Below are positions 39,559 to 52,004 of a DNA stretch of 63,695 bases, in pieces. This stretch comes from Octopus bimaculoides. Its lineage: Eukaryota. The position numbers and the translations under genes were made by a program. Under the pieces are notes generated by a model. It ran no database searches. It worked only from the letters and a program-made list of their open reading frames with translations, and was not told the origin of the DNA. Numbering within the stretch: position 1 is the stretch's first letter; the number at the start of each line of letters is the position of its first letter. Where the stretch lies: positions 37,275,440 through 37,339,134 of the forward strand of contig NC_068994.1 in the NCBI RefSeq assembly GCF_001194135.2, written 5' to 3'.

Positions 39559-40035
39559 ATTACATTTGTGTGTGGCCCTGGTATAGCAATGCATCTTTAT
39601 CTTTTGAGGTCAACTTTACACCCCTTGGAGGCCTTGCCAAATAAGGTTATGTGTCTAATGAAACAAACAGTAGTTCTCAATAAAGATTCTAATTTCTTTT
39701 AGAAATGGTGTATATCTGGCCTGAGGTGTCTACGGAATGTGACAATGGTATTGGTGTGAGAAAAGTCTTTTAAAATAGGAGTTTCAGATTAGCACTAGGT
39801 AAAGCTTAATCAGATGGATCCATAATCATTCACATTCCAACTGTGGCCATCCCATCGATTTCCTAATGCACAGAGAACTTAAAACCACGTTGTCTAATAT
39901 GTCCTTTGCTAAGATTATTGGGTCATAACTTAAGAGATGTTTGGTTCCTATTTCTTGGTTTGTGTAGATGGTTTCAAGAGACTGCTTCCTTCCCCTCTTT
40001 CTCTCTCCCACTTTTTATCCTTCCCTCTCTCTCTC

Positions 40036-40126
<91 letters not shown>

Positions 40127-40244
40127 ATTTCTCACTCTGTCTTCGTTATTATCATTGGCAGGAGATAGGAAACATTAGTATTTCATAATGTTCAAACCCT
40201 GCTGAAGTTAACTTTGCTTTTTAAACTTCTGGAAAGGTCTAATA

Positions 40245-40302
<58 letters not shown>

Positions 40303-40868
40303 TTTATATATATATTTGTGTGTGTGTGATTTATATATATATATATGTGTGTGTGTGTGATAGATGTACAGATAAACAAAAAGATAGAGAATGAGTGTAA
40401 GACAGTGTGTGAAACACATACATACATATATACATTATCATCATCATACACATGCACATACATACACCGTACCAGTTCAATCTAACGTAAAATTTAAGAT
40501 GCTTCTATATAATAAATTAATTGAGGAGACAACAGACAGATAGCCGGATTGACTGACAGTCAGGTAGACAAACAGACAGACGGAGAGATAAACAGAACGA
40601 TGCCTTCCAGATGACAAACATCATGTTATAGATTATTTAATTACCATTCTTTCATTTCCGTTTTTAGGAGCTATGGGTTGGAATTAGTTCATCGCAGTAA
40701 GAATATCCTGCTTACTAACTCAATGTTGGTCTACATCAACAGTTCATGATTTCACCAATTTTAATGTCAATTTTCAAATTAACCTTACCAATATTAATAC
40801 ATAATTGAATGTGCGTGTTCATAGGTGTGTGCATGTTGCGTATGTATATATATGCCTGTTTGTGTGCT

Positions 40869-40933
<65 letters not shown>

Positions 40934-40950
40934 NNNNNNNNNNNNNNNNN

Positions 40951-40987
<37 letters not shown>

Positions 40988-41043
40988 GTATATATTGGGT
41001 CATCCCATAAATAATACAGTTTTTATATACTTCTTTTATTTCT

Positions 41044-41472
41044 CTAAATTAAGATAAACAAAGTTTTTTTAAAATCTAAAACATGTTCTCCTTCATTTTC
41101 TACAATGCTCTTCCATCTATCAGGTAGACTTGCAAGGCCCCTCTGCCTAAATTCACTTGACCATGACGAAAAATACTCTTCCACTACTGTTCTGACTTCA
41201 TCTACAGAATTCATATTTTTTCTATCCAAATGATTTTGAAGACCACGGAATAAATGATAATCAGATGGGGCTAGATCCGACAAATATGGTAGGTGGGGCA
41301 TGGTTTTCCATTCAAACTGCTCCAGCCTTTGGGATGTCATCTTCACTGTATGTGGCGAAGCATTAACCTGATGGAAGAACACCTTTCGTCTTGAAACCAA
41401 AGACAGTTGTTTTTCTTCTAGTACTGACTTAAGCTGCTCAATCTGCTTGCAGTAGATCTCTTTTGTTATCAT
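41044..41472 (-). pseudogene. Mariner (DD34D) transposase C-terminal fragment
   Basis: FHQVNASPH..HLPYLSDLAPSDYHLFRGLQNHL..LPDRWKSIVENEGE, the HDNAxPH and YSPDLAPSDYHLF motifs. Confidence 0.9.
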
Positions 41473-41488
41473 TTAGCCTGGCATGTAG

Positions 41489-42030
41489 TACATGCCAGTC
41501 TAAAGATGGTCTTCACCCATGTAAGATGTCATTATCGGTTTGGTGGGGTATGAAAGGTTTAGTCCACTTTGAACTTTTAAACCCAAACCAAATGATAACA
41601 AAAAAGATCAGTGCTAGAAGACAAATGATTGTTTTTAGTTTCAAGCCGAAAGGTGTTCTTCCTTCTGGATAATGCTTGGCCACATACAGCAAGGATGACA
41701 TTCCAAAGGCTGGAGCAGTTTGAATGAGAAACCATGTCCCACCCACCATATTCACCAGATACTGCCCCATCTGATTATCAACTATTCTGCCATCTTCAAA
41801 ATCATTTGGATGGAAAAAATAAAAATTCTGTAGATGAGGTCAGAAGAGTGATGGAGGAGTATTTTTCATCACAGACAAGTGAAATTTGGAAGCGGCGGCC
41901 TTGCAAGTCTACCAGATAGACGGAAGAGCATTGTAGAAAATGAAGGAGAGTATATTTTAGATCTTGTAGAAAATGAAGGGGAGTACCAGATAGATGGAAG
42001 AGCATTGTAGAAAACGAAGGAGAGTAGATT
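41489..42030 (+). pseudogene. Mariner (DD34D) transposase fragment, frameshifted
   Basis: KDGLHPCKMSLSVWWGMKGLVHFELL and HPPYSPDTAPSDYQLFCHLQNHL; local tandem duplication at about 41910-42030. Confidence 0.9.
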
Positions 42031-42118
42031 TTAGTTTATAAAAGAACTTTGTTTATCTTAATTTTGAAAATAAAAGTATAAAAATCCTGTATTATTTATT
42101 GGATATATATACACACAC

Positions 42119-42196
<78 letters not shown>

Positions 42197-42814
42197 CAGG
42201 AATGTAGTAACACTGATTTTAAATTTTGGTGCCATATCTGCCATGAGCAGTGTTGTAGCTGGAATGTGTGCTGCCATGAGCAACCCTTGAGTTTGCAGCC
42301 CTCATACCCCACCCTAACAGTTATGTTGTTGATATGAGCATCTGGCATTATTAAATAACTTTGGATTTTATTTCTCTCTTGTCTCCTGCATCTGAAAATT
42401 TCTTTGCATTATAGCCTTGCTTTCACTGTTCTCCATATTATCATTTCTAGTGAACCTTACAGATTAGATGCATCCCTTTCCAATATTCTTCCTTCTGTTC
42501 ATAAACAACCCTTTTGCTTTCTGTTTTTGTTTATTGTATGATATTTATTATATGATATTTTTTCAGCAATAGCATCATTTGTTACAGGTTTCCAAAAGGC
42601 TGATTACTAGTTCCCTCATTGTATGAAGGTGGGAGTGACAAGGGTGATTCTGTGTAATTCTCATGGAACAAAGTCAATAAGATATTTGAAGGTTCTGTTT
42701 TATTGGTTTTGTCACCGGCAATATACATCAGTAAAAGATACACACACTCTTTCTACCTCTCTGACACAAACACATTCATACACACACACACACACACACA
42801 CACATCTTTTATCA

Positions 42815-43195
42815 TTTTCTTGCTTTAGTCATTGAACTGTGGACGTGCTGGTGTACTGACTTGAAGAGTTTTAGTCAAATGATTTGACACCAGTATATAT
42901 GGTTTTTAAGCCTGGTACTTGTTTTATCAGGCTCTTATCCTGAACTTTGAAGTTATAGAGAAATAAACAAACCAAAGTTGAGGTTGGAGTCAAGCACAGA
43001 GATACATAAATATATATATATATATATGATATGCTTCTTTCAGTTTCTGCTCACTGAATCTATTCATAAGCCTTTAGTTAGACCAAGGCAATAGTAGAGG
43101 ATACTCGTACACTTGCCCAAGATGCCATGCAGTGGCACTGAACCTGAGTCGATGTGGTTGGGAGGCAAACTTACCACTCAGCCACGCCTGTACCT
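42815..43195 (-). mobile_element. SINE family B, diverged
   Basis: Reverse complement of head (ccactcagccacgcctgtacc) and 3' half; (TA)n core. Confidence 0.7.
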
Positions 43196-43404
43196 ATTAT
43201 AAATATATATATATATATATATAAAGGTTATAAAGGGTATTGGAGTCAACCAAACCCTAAGGATACAGGTAATACCAAGTAAGTGTTGTATACTGACTAG
43301 TTTTACCCCTGACGTGGTTGTAACATGAGTGGGGAATATAACATGGGTCGTGTATTAGCGTGTGTATATATGAANNNNNNNNNNTATATATATATATATA
43401 TATA

Positions 43405-43914
43405 TTCTGTAAATAATAGTAATAGTATTTTATAAGCTTATAGTGATCACTGCACAATGACTAAAGAGAATAGTCTAATAATGGGGCATATAGATCCTCG
43501 ACAGGAAAAAGTAGGTTTTCCCATAAGCGTGGGACTCGAATCCACACCTCTTTGTTTATGTGACCAAGTGTGCTACCAATTACAGCAACGCACCAACATG
43601 CTTCTTTCCGTGAGGGTTAAGAACTATAATTAGTTTGTAGTTGTTTTTTGTAAACAAACTTACATGTGCTTTCACTGCGATGGTTTTGTTAAGCGGCATT
43701 GATTTTAATAATTCTGTAAATAATAATAGGGCATATAAGCCCTCAACAGAAAAAAAGTAGGTTTTCCCATATGTGTGGTACTCAAACCCACTCCTCTTTG
43801 TTTATGCAACCAAATGTGCTACCGATTATACCAACGTACCAACCTGCTTTAAGCTTATAAAATACTATTATTATTATTTACAGAATTGTAAAATTGATGC
43901 AGCTTAACAAAACC
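43405..43914. mobile_element. Fold-back element with two tandem tRNA-like cassettes (43529-43593, 43775-43840, -)
   Basis: IR ttctgtaaataata..atagtattttataagctta / taagcttataaaatactattattattatttacagaa; same family as 26607-26877. Confidence 0.65.
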
Positions 43915-44172
43915 TTTACAATGAATATATATATATATATATATATATAATGCCAAACCAGCAGGGGGACACTGCTGACCTCCCCTGTTCGAAGGTTATA
44001 AAGGACACAGGTTTCGTGTGTCACATAGCTAGCTAGAGGCGATGGCTTCTTGGAGCTAATTCACGGCAGCTTTCGTCCTAATTTTGGGACTGCCATGTTG
44101 GCTTGGCGATAACTATTAATTTCCAGTACCGCTGCCGTAGTCTCCTTTAGAGAGACTTAGAAATATTAATAA

Positions 44173-44222
<50 letters not shown>

Positions 44223-44543
44223 ATGTATATATCAGCAACTTGTCATCATTATTTAAACATCGACTTTTTCCCAGCTTGCATGGGTTTGATGGAATTTGTC
44301 AAGGTGGATTCAACACAACTGGACACCAACTCTCACCTGTTTCCAAGCAAGTTAATATTTCCCCATAACCAGATATATTTTCATGGAAGACGGGAAATGA
44401 AAGATATTGCTTCACTGATACTGACACTTGCTTACAACTATCATGCAATGTCAAGGCAAGGAGACAGTGACAGACATATAGGAACATGCACACATGCACA
44501 CACATGTGCATACACACACACACATATACACACACATGCATGC

Positions 44544-44587
<44 letters not shown>

Positions 44588-44640
44588 GTAAATGCATATA
44601 CATTTGTATATATATATAAGTACATATATATATGTATGTG

Positions 44641-44708
<68 letters not shown>

Positions 44709-44835
44709 GATAGATATACATTCATGCACATACACATACTTACACACACACAGGTGCGAGTGTGCACACACACACACACACAAACAAACAAACACACACA
44801 CAAACACATGCACACACACACACACACAAACACAT

Positions 44836-44871
<36 letters not shown>

Positions 44872-45200
44872 GATTTGGTGTCTTATTGATCCTGTGTAAA
44901 GTCAAGGTCTGAATTCAATGAAGTGAGAAGGGCTTTGAGTCATATTGTATTAATGAGTTTGGATTCTTCCATAAAAAAGGATGAAAATGTGAAGTACATG
45001 AAGAAAAATGGATAATTTAGTCAACAGAAAAAGGTGGTGGTAGCAGTTTTTATTATTATTGTAATATATATGGATTATTCACACACATTATATATTCTAA
45101 GTAAATTACATGTAAATATTATGCACATACAAACACTTACACACACATATATATACATACATGCATATGTAAATATATAGATTAATATGTGTGTGTGTGT

Positions 45201-45490
45201 GAAAGCACATGGCTCAATGGTTAGGACGTTAGGCTTATAATCACGAAGTTGTGAGTTCAGTTCCCAGACCAGGCTGTGTGTTGTGTTCTTGAGCAAGACA
45301 CTTTATTACATGTTTCTTCATTTCACTCAGCTGTAGAAATGAGTTGCAATATCACTGGTGCAAAACTGTATTGGCTTTTACCTTTCCCTCGGATAACATT
45401 GGTGACATGGAAAGAGGAGGCTGATGTGCCTCAGAGGCTAACTTTCTGGGTGCAATCCTATGGTTATTCATGACCGAAGAAGGTCTTTAC

Positions 45491-45491
<1 letters not shown>
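45201..45491 (+). mobile_element. tRNA-derived SINE family D
   Basis: A-box tggctcaatggttagg, B-box gagttcagttccc, core ttgagcaagacacttt..tcactcagctg; the 3' part also occurs at about 29310-29440 (+) and 18825-19000 (-). Confidence 0.75.
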
Positions 45492-45529
<38 letters not shown>

Positions 45530-45557
45530 AAACAGAAATTTGGAAAAATGTTTTAGT

Positions 45558-45806
45558 ATTATTTATTCACCATTACACATGTTTCATTTGCAAAAAGGAA
45601 TTACAAATTTGTACATGTTGGATAATCATGTAAGAAATTTCCTGTTAGAAATTCTTCTGTCAGAGAATCAAATAATATTACTTGATTATAATTTGATTCT
45701 CTGCCTGAAGAATTTCTAAAAGCAGATTTCGTACATGTTTATACAACTTGTACAATTTTGTAACTCCTATTAGGAAATGAAACATGTGTAATGGTGAATA
45801 AATAAT
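45558..45806. repeat. 249-bp near-perfect inverted repeat (fold-back MITE-like)
   Basis: attatttattcaccattacacatgtttcattt / aaatgaaacatgtgtaatggtgaataaataat, with inner arms also pairing. Confidence 0.9.
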
Positions 45807-45977
45807 TCCAGACACTTCATTTCACATTGCTTTGTAATTATATCAACATCTCACATGTGGCACACTTGTGCGCCTTTACAGACAATGTCAATTTGATGGA
45901 GAAGTGAGCTAATGCACAGCACATACATTTGATCACTATAAGCAAATCATACATAATTTTTGACAGGAAAGTTCATC

Positions 45978-46107
45978 ATTTAAAACAGTTTGATTTGGCC
46001 CCATGCAAGATTTGGTTTGGCCCCATACAAGATGTGGCCCCATACAAGATGTGGCCCCATGCAAGGATTCAGCTCCAAGCAAGGGGCTGAATCAAACTGT
46101 TTTAAAT
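45978..46107. repeat. Short TIR element containing a 17-bp minisatellite
   Basis: 18-bp IR atttaaaacagtttgatt / aatcaaactgttttaaat around 4 x tggccccat(a/g)caagat(g). Confidence 0.75.
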
Positions 46108-46119
46108 CATCCTTTCTAC

Positions 46120-46310
46120 TATAGGTACAAGGCCTGAAATTTTGCGGGTGGGGACTAGTCGATTACATTGACCCCAGTACACAACTGACACTTAATTTAT
46201 CGACACTGAAAAGATGAAAGGCAACACTGACCTTGGCAGAATTTGAACTCAGAATGTAGTAGGAGACAAAATATCACTAAGCATTTCGCCTAGCATGCTA
46301 ATGATTCTGG
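46120..46310 (-). mobile_element. SINE family A
   Basis: Reverse complement of the family A body. Confidence 0.8.
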
Positions 46311-46767
46311 TAACTCCTAGCAAATGTGTTCAGTGCTTCTTTCTTTCATTTATCCACTCACATATATATGGCCATATTCACTCACTAGGCTTTAGGTGAA
46401 CTGGGACTATAGTTGAAAACATATACCCAAGATTCCAAACACATGGACTGATTGATGGTAAAAAAGATATATTTATATTACATCATCAGCATCATCATTG
46501 TTTTTATGCCCACTTTCTGTGCTTGCATAGGTCAGATAGAATTTTTTGAGGTTGATTTTTTATGGCCAGGTGCCATTCCTGTCACGAATCTTATCCTGTT
46601 TCCAGGAAAGGTAATATTCTCATGGAAGATTGGAAACGAAGGATATTGCTCACATGACAGCGACACTTGTTTACAACTAAGTGATGTCAAGGCAAAGAAA
46701 CAATAACGCACAAACACACACACATATGCACGCGCACACACACACACATACATACAAACATGGAGGT

Positions 46768-47366
46768 GTTCACTTCTGTTTATGATTTAAAATTCTTCCT
46801 GAGGAAAGAGTTAGTTTCTAACAAGGATACAAAGCTCCATTGTTTGAAAGTAGATAATGTAAACAATGTCATATTTTAAATTTGAGAACAATCTTACATA
46901 TTTTTACTGTTCTACTTAAACGTTGTATTTGTAATGTATGAGTTAGTTGGTTGATTTCTTTTTCCGAAAACCCTTACTTATCCAGATTGTCACTTAGGCA
47001 TTTACTCACAAAACCAAGTGCACCAATTATTATTGGTATAAATTTGAATTTATTATCTGAATTTAGAAGCTGAAGGTTTAAGAACAGTTGTACATAGTTA
47101 TCTTCTTTCTCTTTGGTGTTCAAAAAGCTATTCAAGTTATCAGGACAGCTGACCTCTGTGATGTTACATACTTTTATTTGTCTGCCCCAAACAATGTCCA
47201 GCCTGTAATGTTTATACTTGACCAATGTTTTGATGGCAATTTTCCATCAGTATTCCTTATGTTGATGTCTGTGTATGCATTCAATAACTGGGGGATTCTC
47301 TGTATTTATACCAAGACTGTCTTTCTCCCGAATTGCATTTTATATTGTTTTTGTGACAATGTCATA
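46768..47366 (-). mobile_element. R4/Dong-like retrotransposon 3' end, second subfamily
   Basis: HDIVTKTI*NAIREKD..KHYRLDIV..EVSCPDN..FKFIPIIIGALGFV; the 3'UTR shares ttagaaac..ctctttc with the other copies; 5' junction abuts (CATA)n. Confidence 0.85.
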
Positions 47367-47759
47367 TGTATGTACATGTATATGTATGTATGTATGTATG
47401 TACAATGGGCATTTTTTTCAATTTCTTTCTCCTAAATCCTCTTGCAAAGCTTCAGTTGGCCCTGGGCTGGAGTTGAAAACTCTTGCTCAAGGTGCTATGC
47501 ACTAAACTTTAGACATATTATATCAGACATGCATCAATTTATATGAACAGCAATTTTAGAAATATCCAATAGGTAGTGGACATTTGTAAAATGTCCGTCA
47601 CCTGATTTAACTCCAGCAACTGGGCTTTGAAGTTTTAAAAGGTGTTCAATTAAAACACCAAAATTAGAAAAAGAAAAATCTTCCTATTTACAAAATGGAA
47701 GGGGAGTTGGGAGATCTCTGCTGAACTTGATGGCAAATATCACTTCCTACTTTTTGCCC

Positions 47760-48100
47760 CTACAAAACCTGACCTTGTCATATGGTGCAAAGATAGAAGG
47801 TATGAAAATGGTAGAGCTGAGAGCTCTTTGGAAAGCAAGCATCCGTAGGAAAGCCAGAAAATATAGTGGGTTGGTTGAACTCTGTGAAAACAATGGATTG
47901 GAAACAATATGTCTTCCTATCGAGAGGAAGACGTGTTAGAAGTGTTAGAAGATTTGTTAGAAGAAGGGATCATTCACTGTTCAAGAGTCTTGGATGATTT
48001 GTGATGGAAGCAAAAGATGTTGCCAGAATATTGACAGAAGCTGCTGAGAAAACTAACCATTACATTTGGCTCAAAAGAGAGGACAAGTGCTGCAGCAAGA
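47760..48100 (+). mobile_element. RLE-domain retrotransposon remnant, HERO-like
   Basis: KPDLVIWCKDRR / MVEL / RKARKYSGLVELCENNGLETICLPIE / EAAEKTNHYIWLKRED across frameshifts. Confidence 0.65.
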
Positions 48101-49440
48101 ACATTGATTATAATAGTGACATCTGACACAGAGCTGCAACATCTAACTCAATAAAGCTTACACTGCTGAGTGGGAGCTTGGTCACCTACATCAATTGGTG
48201 GCCCCCACACAGCTCTGGTGCCATAGTGGGAGGGGCCAAAACACCTACAAAGTGGCTTCTCTGCCTGATGAGACGTTCTCCTGTGTTCAGAGATGGAGTA
48301 CAGCAGCACACCCAGCACACATGTATACACTTTAAATGTTCTTTTAATAAATTCGCACATTCACTATTATCATGTCATTTTAGTAGGCACACAATCACCA
48401 CATCAAACTGTTTAGATGAACTCACAAACACAAAAGCTCACAAATGTATCTTCTAATAGAAACATGCTATTCAAAAATCAAATGAAAATCACCAAGCTAT
48501 ACAATGCTTCTCCAACAGAGAGGCAAAAACATTTAAACATGCCAATGTATATGTACATTCATGTTTGTGTATACACATCCACCACCTTGTTAAATGAATA
48601 CAGGTATAGCAACCCCACATACACAATAACTAATTATTCTTTATCAAACACAATGCTTTACATCCATTTTTGAATAACAATTAACATATGAAGATGGAAT
48701 AATTGACCATACATTGAAGTTACCTGAAGAGCCAGTTTATAGCAAAACTAATTGTTGTAATGTAATATAATATAAAAGCTGGACATTATAAGTAATAATA
48801 TATGTATGTGTATATGTGTGTCATTCCGTATGAACAAGTATACATGCTTAGATATGTGTGCATATCTTCATGTGCACACAAACACACATACACACACATA
48901 TACATGCACTATACAAATACATGTGTGCGTGTTCACACACACTTTCACTGAAGTACAATAACAAATTTTCCAAAAATTGCTTCATTTTGGCACAGATTAA
49001 GTTTGTGTTTATTTAATATATACATCCAAAATCTCATTAACCCTTTCCTGCACATTTATGTGAGAATATATGTATTTCTATGTGTCTCCATATATATATA
49101 CATATACAGTCTCTCACATTCATACACTTGCAGGTAAACACATACATGCTCATACACAGGCATATATATATATATATATACGCATACAGACAGACATGTG
49201 TGTGTGTGTGTTTGTTTGTGTGTGTGTATGTGAATGTATAGATAGTTAAACTGACTCATGTATAGCGGTATGCATTGCCATGTATACAACAGAACTCATA
49301 TGTTTACATACGTATGAGTACACATATAAGTTGTTACATATCTTTGCATATATACATACACTGTGTGTATATAAATACATACACACATATGTATATGTAT
49401 AATAAACACACATTTATTTATGCATATATGTATGTGTATG

Positions 49441-49493
<53 letters not shown>

Positions 49494-52004
49494 GAATGTA
49501 TATATGTCTTTATATATGTATCCATATATAGACACATATTATAATTCTTTGCTGATGCAATTTGTATTGGGAAAATGGGAGATTTTCGCGTTCAGTTAAA
49601 TTTATGAATTAAAAATCTAATAGAAAGTAATTTCCACTGCGAAAATAAAAATTTAATTGAAAATAAGTTATAGCGCTTTCTTCAAAGGATATCTGATATT
49701 GCTACTATTTTGCAAAGTTTAATATCCCAGATTCATTTTCCCAAAGGACTGTATTAATCTATATATTCATTTCATGACATAAACATCCATAAACTCCTCG
49801 CTTCTAGTTCAAGATCGAAGCAAAGTCAATATTTACCAATAAAGAGTGTGCGTGTGTATGGTATGGTATGGTATGGGTGCATGTATATGTATATATGTTT
49901 ATGTGTATATATGTATGTGTATGTAGAAAAAAATAATGGGGTGGGTTTAGATTAGAAACATGAAATGTAGTGTAAAAGAAATAATAATATGAAGTAAAAT
50001 AAATAAGGAAATAAATATGGAATAAAAGCCAGGAAGAGGGAAAGAAGAAGCGAAAGGAAGGGGAAGTAGAATTAAAAAAGGGGAAACATACACACGTGTG
50101 TGTGTGTGCATACATGAACACACACACACACACACATATATATAAGAAAAGGGAAAGCAGGAAGTGATTTAGAGAGAGGATAAACAGTACAAGGCAAACA
50201 AGGAAATGAAGAAGGAAACAATAGGTGTGTGTGTGTGTGTTAGTGTGGATTATTGGTTAGATAGATGCATGGATGGAAGGTCAGAGAGACAGACTAGCAA
50301 ACAGATAAATATATAGATAAATAGATAGATAGATAGATACATACATACATACATATATATANNNNNNNNNNNNNNNNNNNNNNNNNNNNNNNNNNNNNNN
50401 NNNNNNNNNNNNNNNNNNNNNNNNNTATATATATATATATATATGTATGTATATACATATACTTACACATGCACATATATATATACATACATACACATAT
50501 ATACACATATATATTGATATATGTATGAATGTATGCATGCATGTAAGTATGTATGTGTGTGTGCCTGTGTAAATAACTACTCAAAGAGAGGAAAAGAAAG
50601 AAATATCAGTGCACCTAATGGTTATATTAATTTCGTTTTACAAGCCACTAGAAAAGACATTTTTGGCTAAAACTGAACGAATTTTGCCCTAGTATATTAC
50701 AGGTAATAACTTCGTTGCATCATGAGGCAAAGTAGCTATCAGTCTCATAGTTGAGATCAAACTCTGTAAGCTTATAACATGTAAATATTCTTCTTTTACA
50801 CTCAGCTCATGTCCTAAATATTAGATAACCACCATGGACATTAGTTAAGTATCAAAGACAGATGTTCAGAAAGAAGATCAAACTTAAACTCCGGTTTCAA
50901 CTCAGTGAAATTTTCACTTTATTTTGATATTCTAGTCCACCTTTTTAAAAATATCCATCTTCATTTGACCAACCACAACAATGTTTTCTTTTTAAGTCTT
51001 CTCATGAAGGCTCATGGCAGAGTGGTTTATGTGCTAAGCTTATAATTGTAAGGTGGTAAGTTCAATTCTTGATCAAATGCAGCATGAGGCATCCTTGAGC
51101 AAGGTACTTCATTTCACTATGCTTTAATCCATTCAGCTGAATGTGAGTTTCAATGACAACTGGTGGGGTTGGGGGCAGGGTATAACTTCATGACTGGCTA
51201 CCATGTCATGATGATAAAACCCCACCCCACTATCAGTGGGAGTCATTTGTACTCTCAGTTGCTTAATCACCAAGGAAACTGGAATAAACTCTGACATAAT
51301 TGACATGTAGGTTTCAGGCAGATGTCAACTATTTTAACTTCTCAGATTATTTTATTTGTTTGTTTTAAATTCTTTTACTTGTTTCAGTCATTTTGACTGT
51401 GGCCAGGCTAGAGCACTGCCTGTTTATTACTTTTAAAAAGTCATGAAAATTGCCCTTCCTACTGATATCTGATAATGGCAAAAGAACAGAAATTATTAAC
51501 ATAGAGTATAGTTTACAAGTGGAACAATATCAGGGCATCTGATTAACTACATCCATGATTAATGGTTATTCAAGCATGATTATCCCATTACTTTTTAACT
51601 GGCATAGTATACCATGGACTACATCCAATGTGTCCTCCTTTCTATTTTTCAGATAGGGTGCCATTTGAGAGTGATTTAATAGCTATTTCTCAGAGGTAGA
51701 GTGAAATCAATGACAACTTCATTTCTTAAGAAGTTCATGAAGCCACAGGAAGGAAGAACAAACTTTGACAATGCATACCTAGAATTAAAAAACATGCCTG
51801 CTTCTATAACTTCTATAACAATACATTCCAGAGACACTGATGTCATTTTTATGTCATAAACATAACATCAATCTCTCTCTCTCACACTGTACCAAATTTC
51901 ATACACAAGCGTTTGGCCACCTAAAGCTTTGGTACACGATGCCAACATGCCTCTAAAATCTACCACAAGGCTGGAAGGATCACAGAGCATAAAAATCCTT
52001 ATAT

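Larger units (their letters stand above)
40995..42105. mobile_element. Palindromic (fold-back) mariner derivative
   Basis: Left TIR TA-ttgggtcatcccataaataat; two decayed transposase 3' halves pointing outward from 41488; right TIR partly lost to (TA)n. Confidence 0.85.

Noticed and set aside
39570-39960. Possible degraded coding remnant on the minus strand
   Set aside because: No motif I could assign with confidence.
43958-43972. CTCF-like CCAGCAGGGGGACAC, tempting given vertebrate Pcdh regulation
   Set aside because: Mismatch in the core, single occurrence, inside a probable repeat.
45201-45275. tRNA-like A/B boxes (also 10100, 13765, 31396)
   Set aside because: They continue into SINE bodies and lack an intact cloverleaf; not called as tRNA genes.
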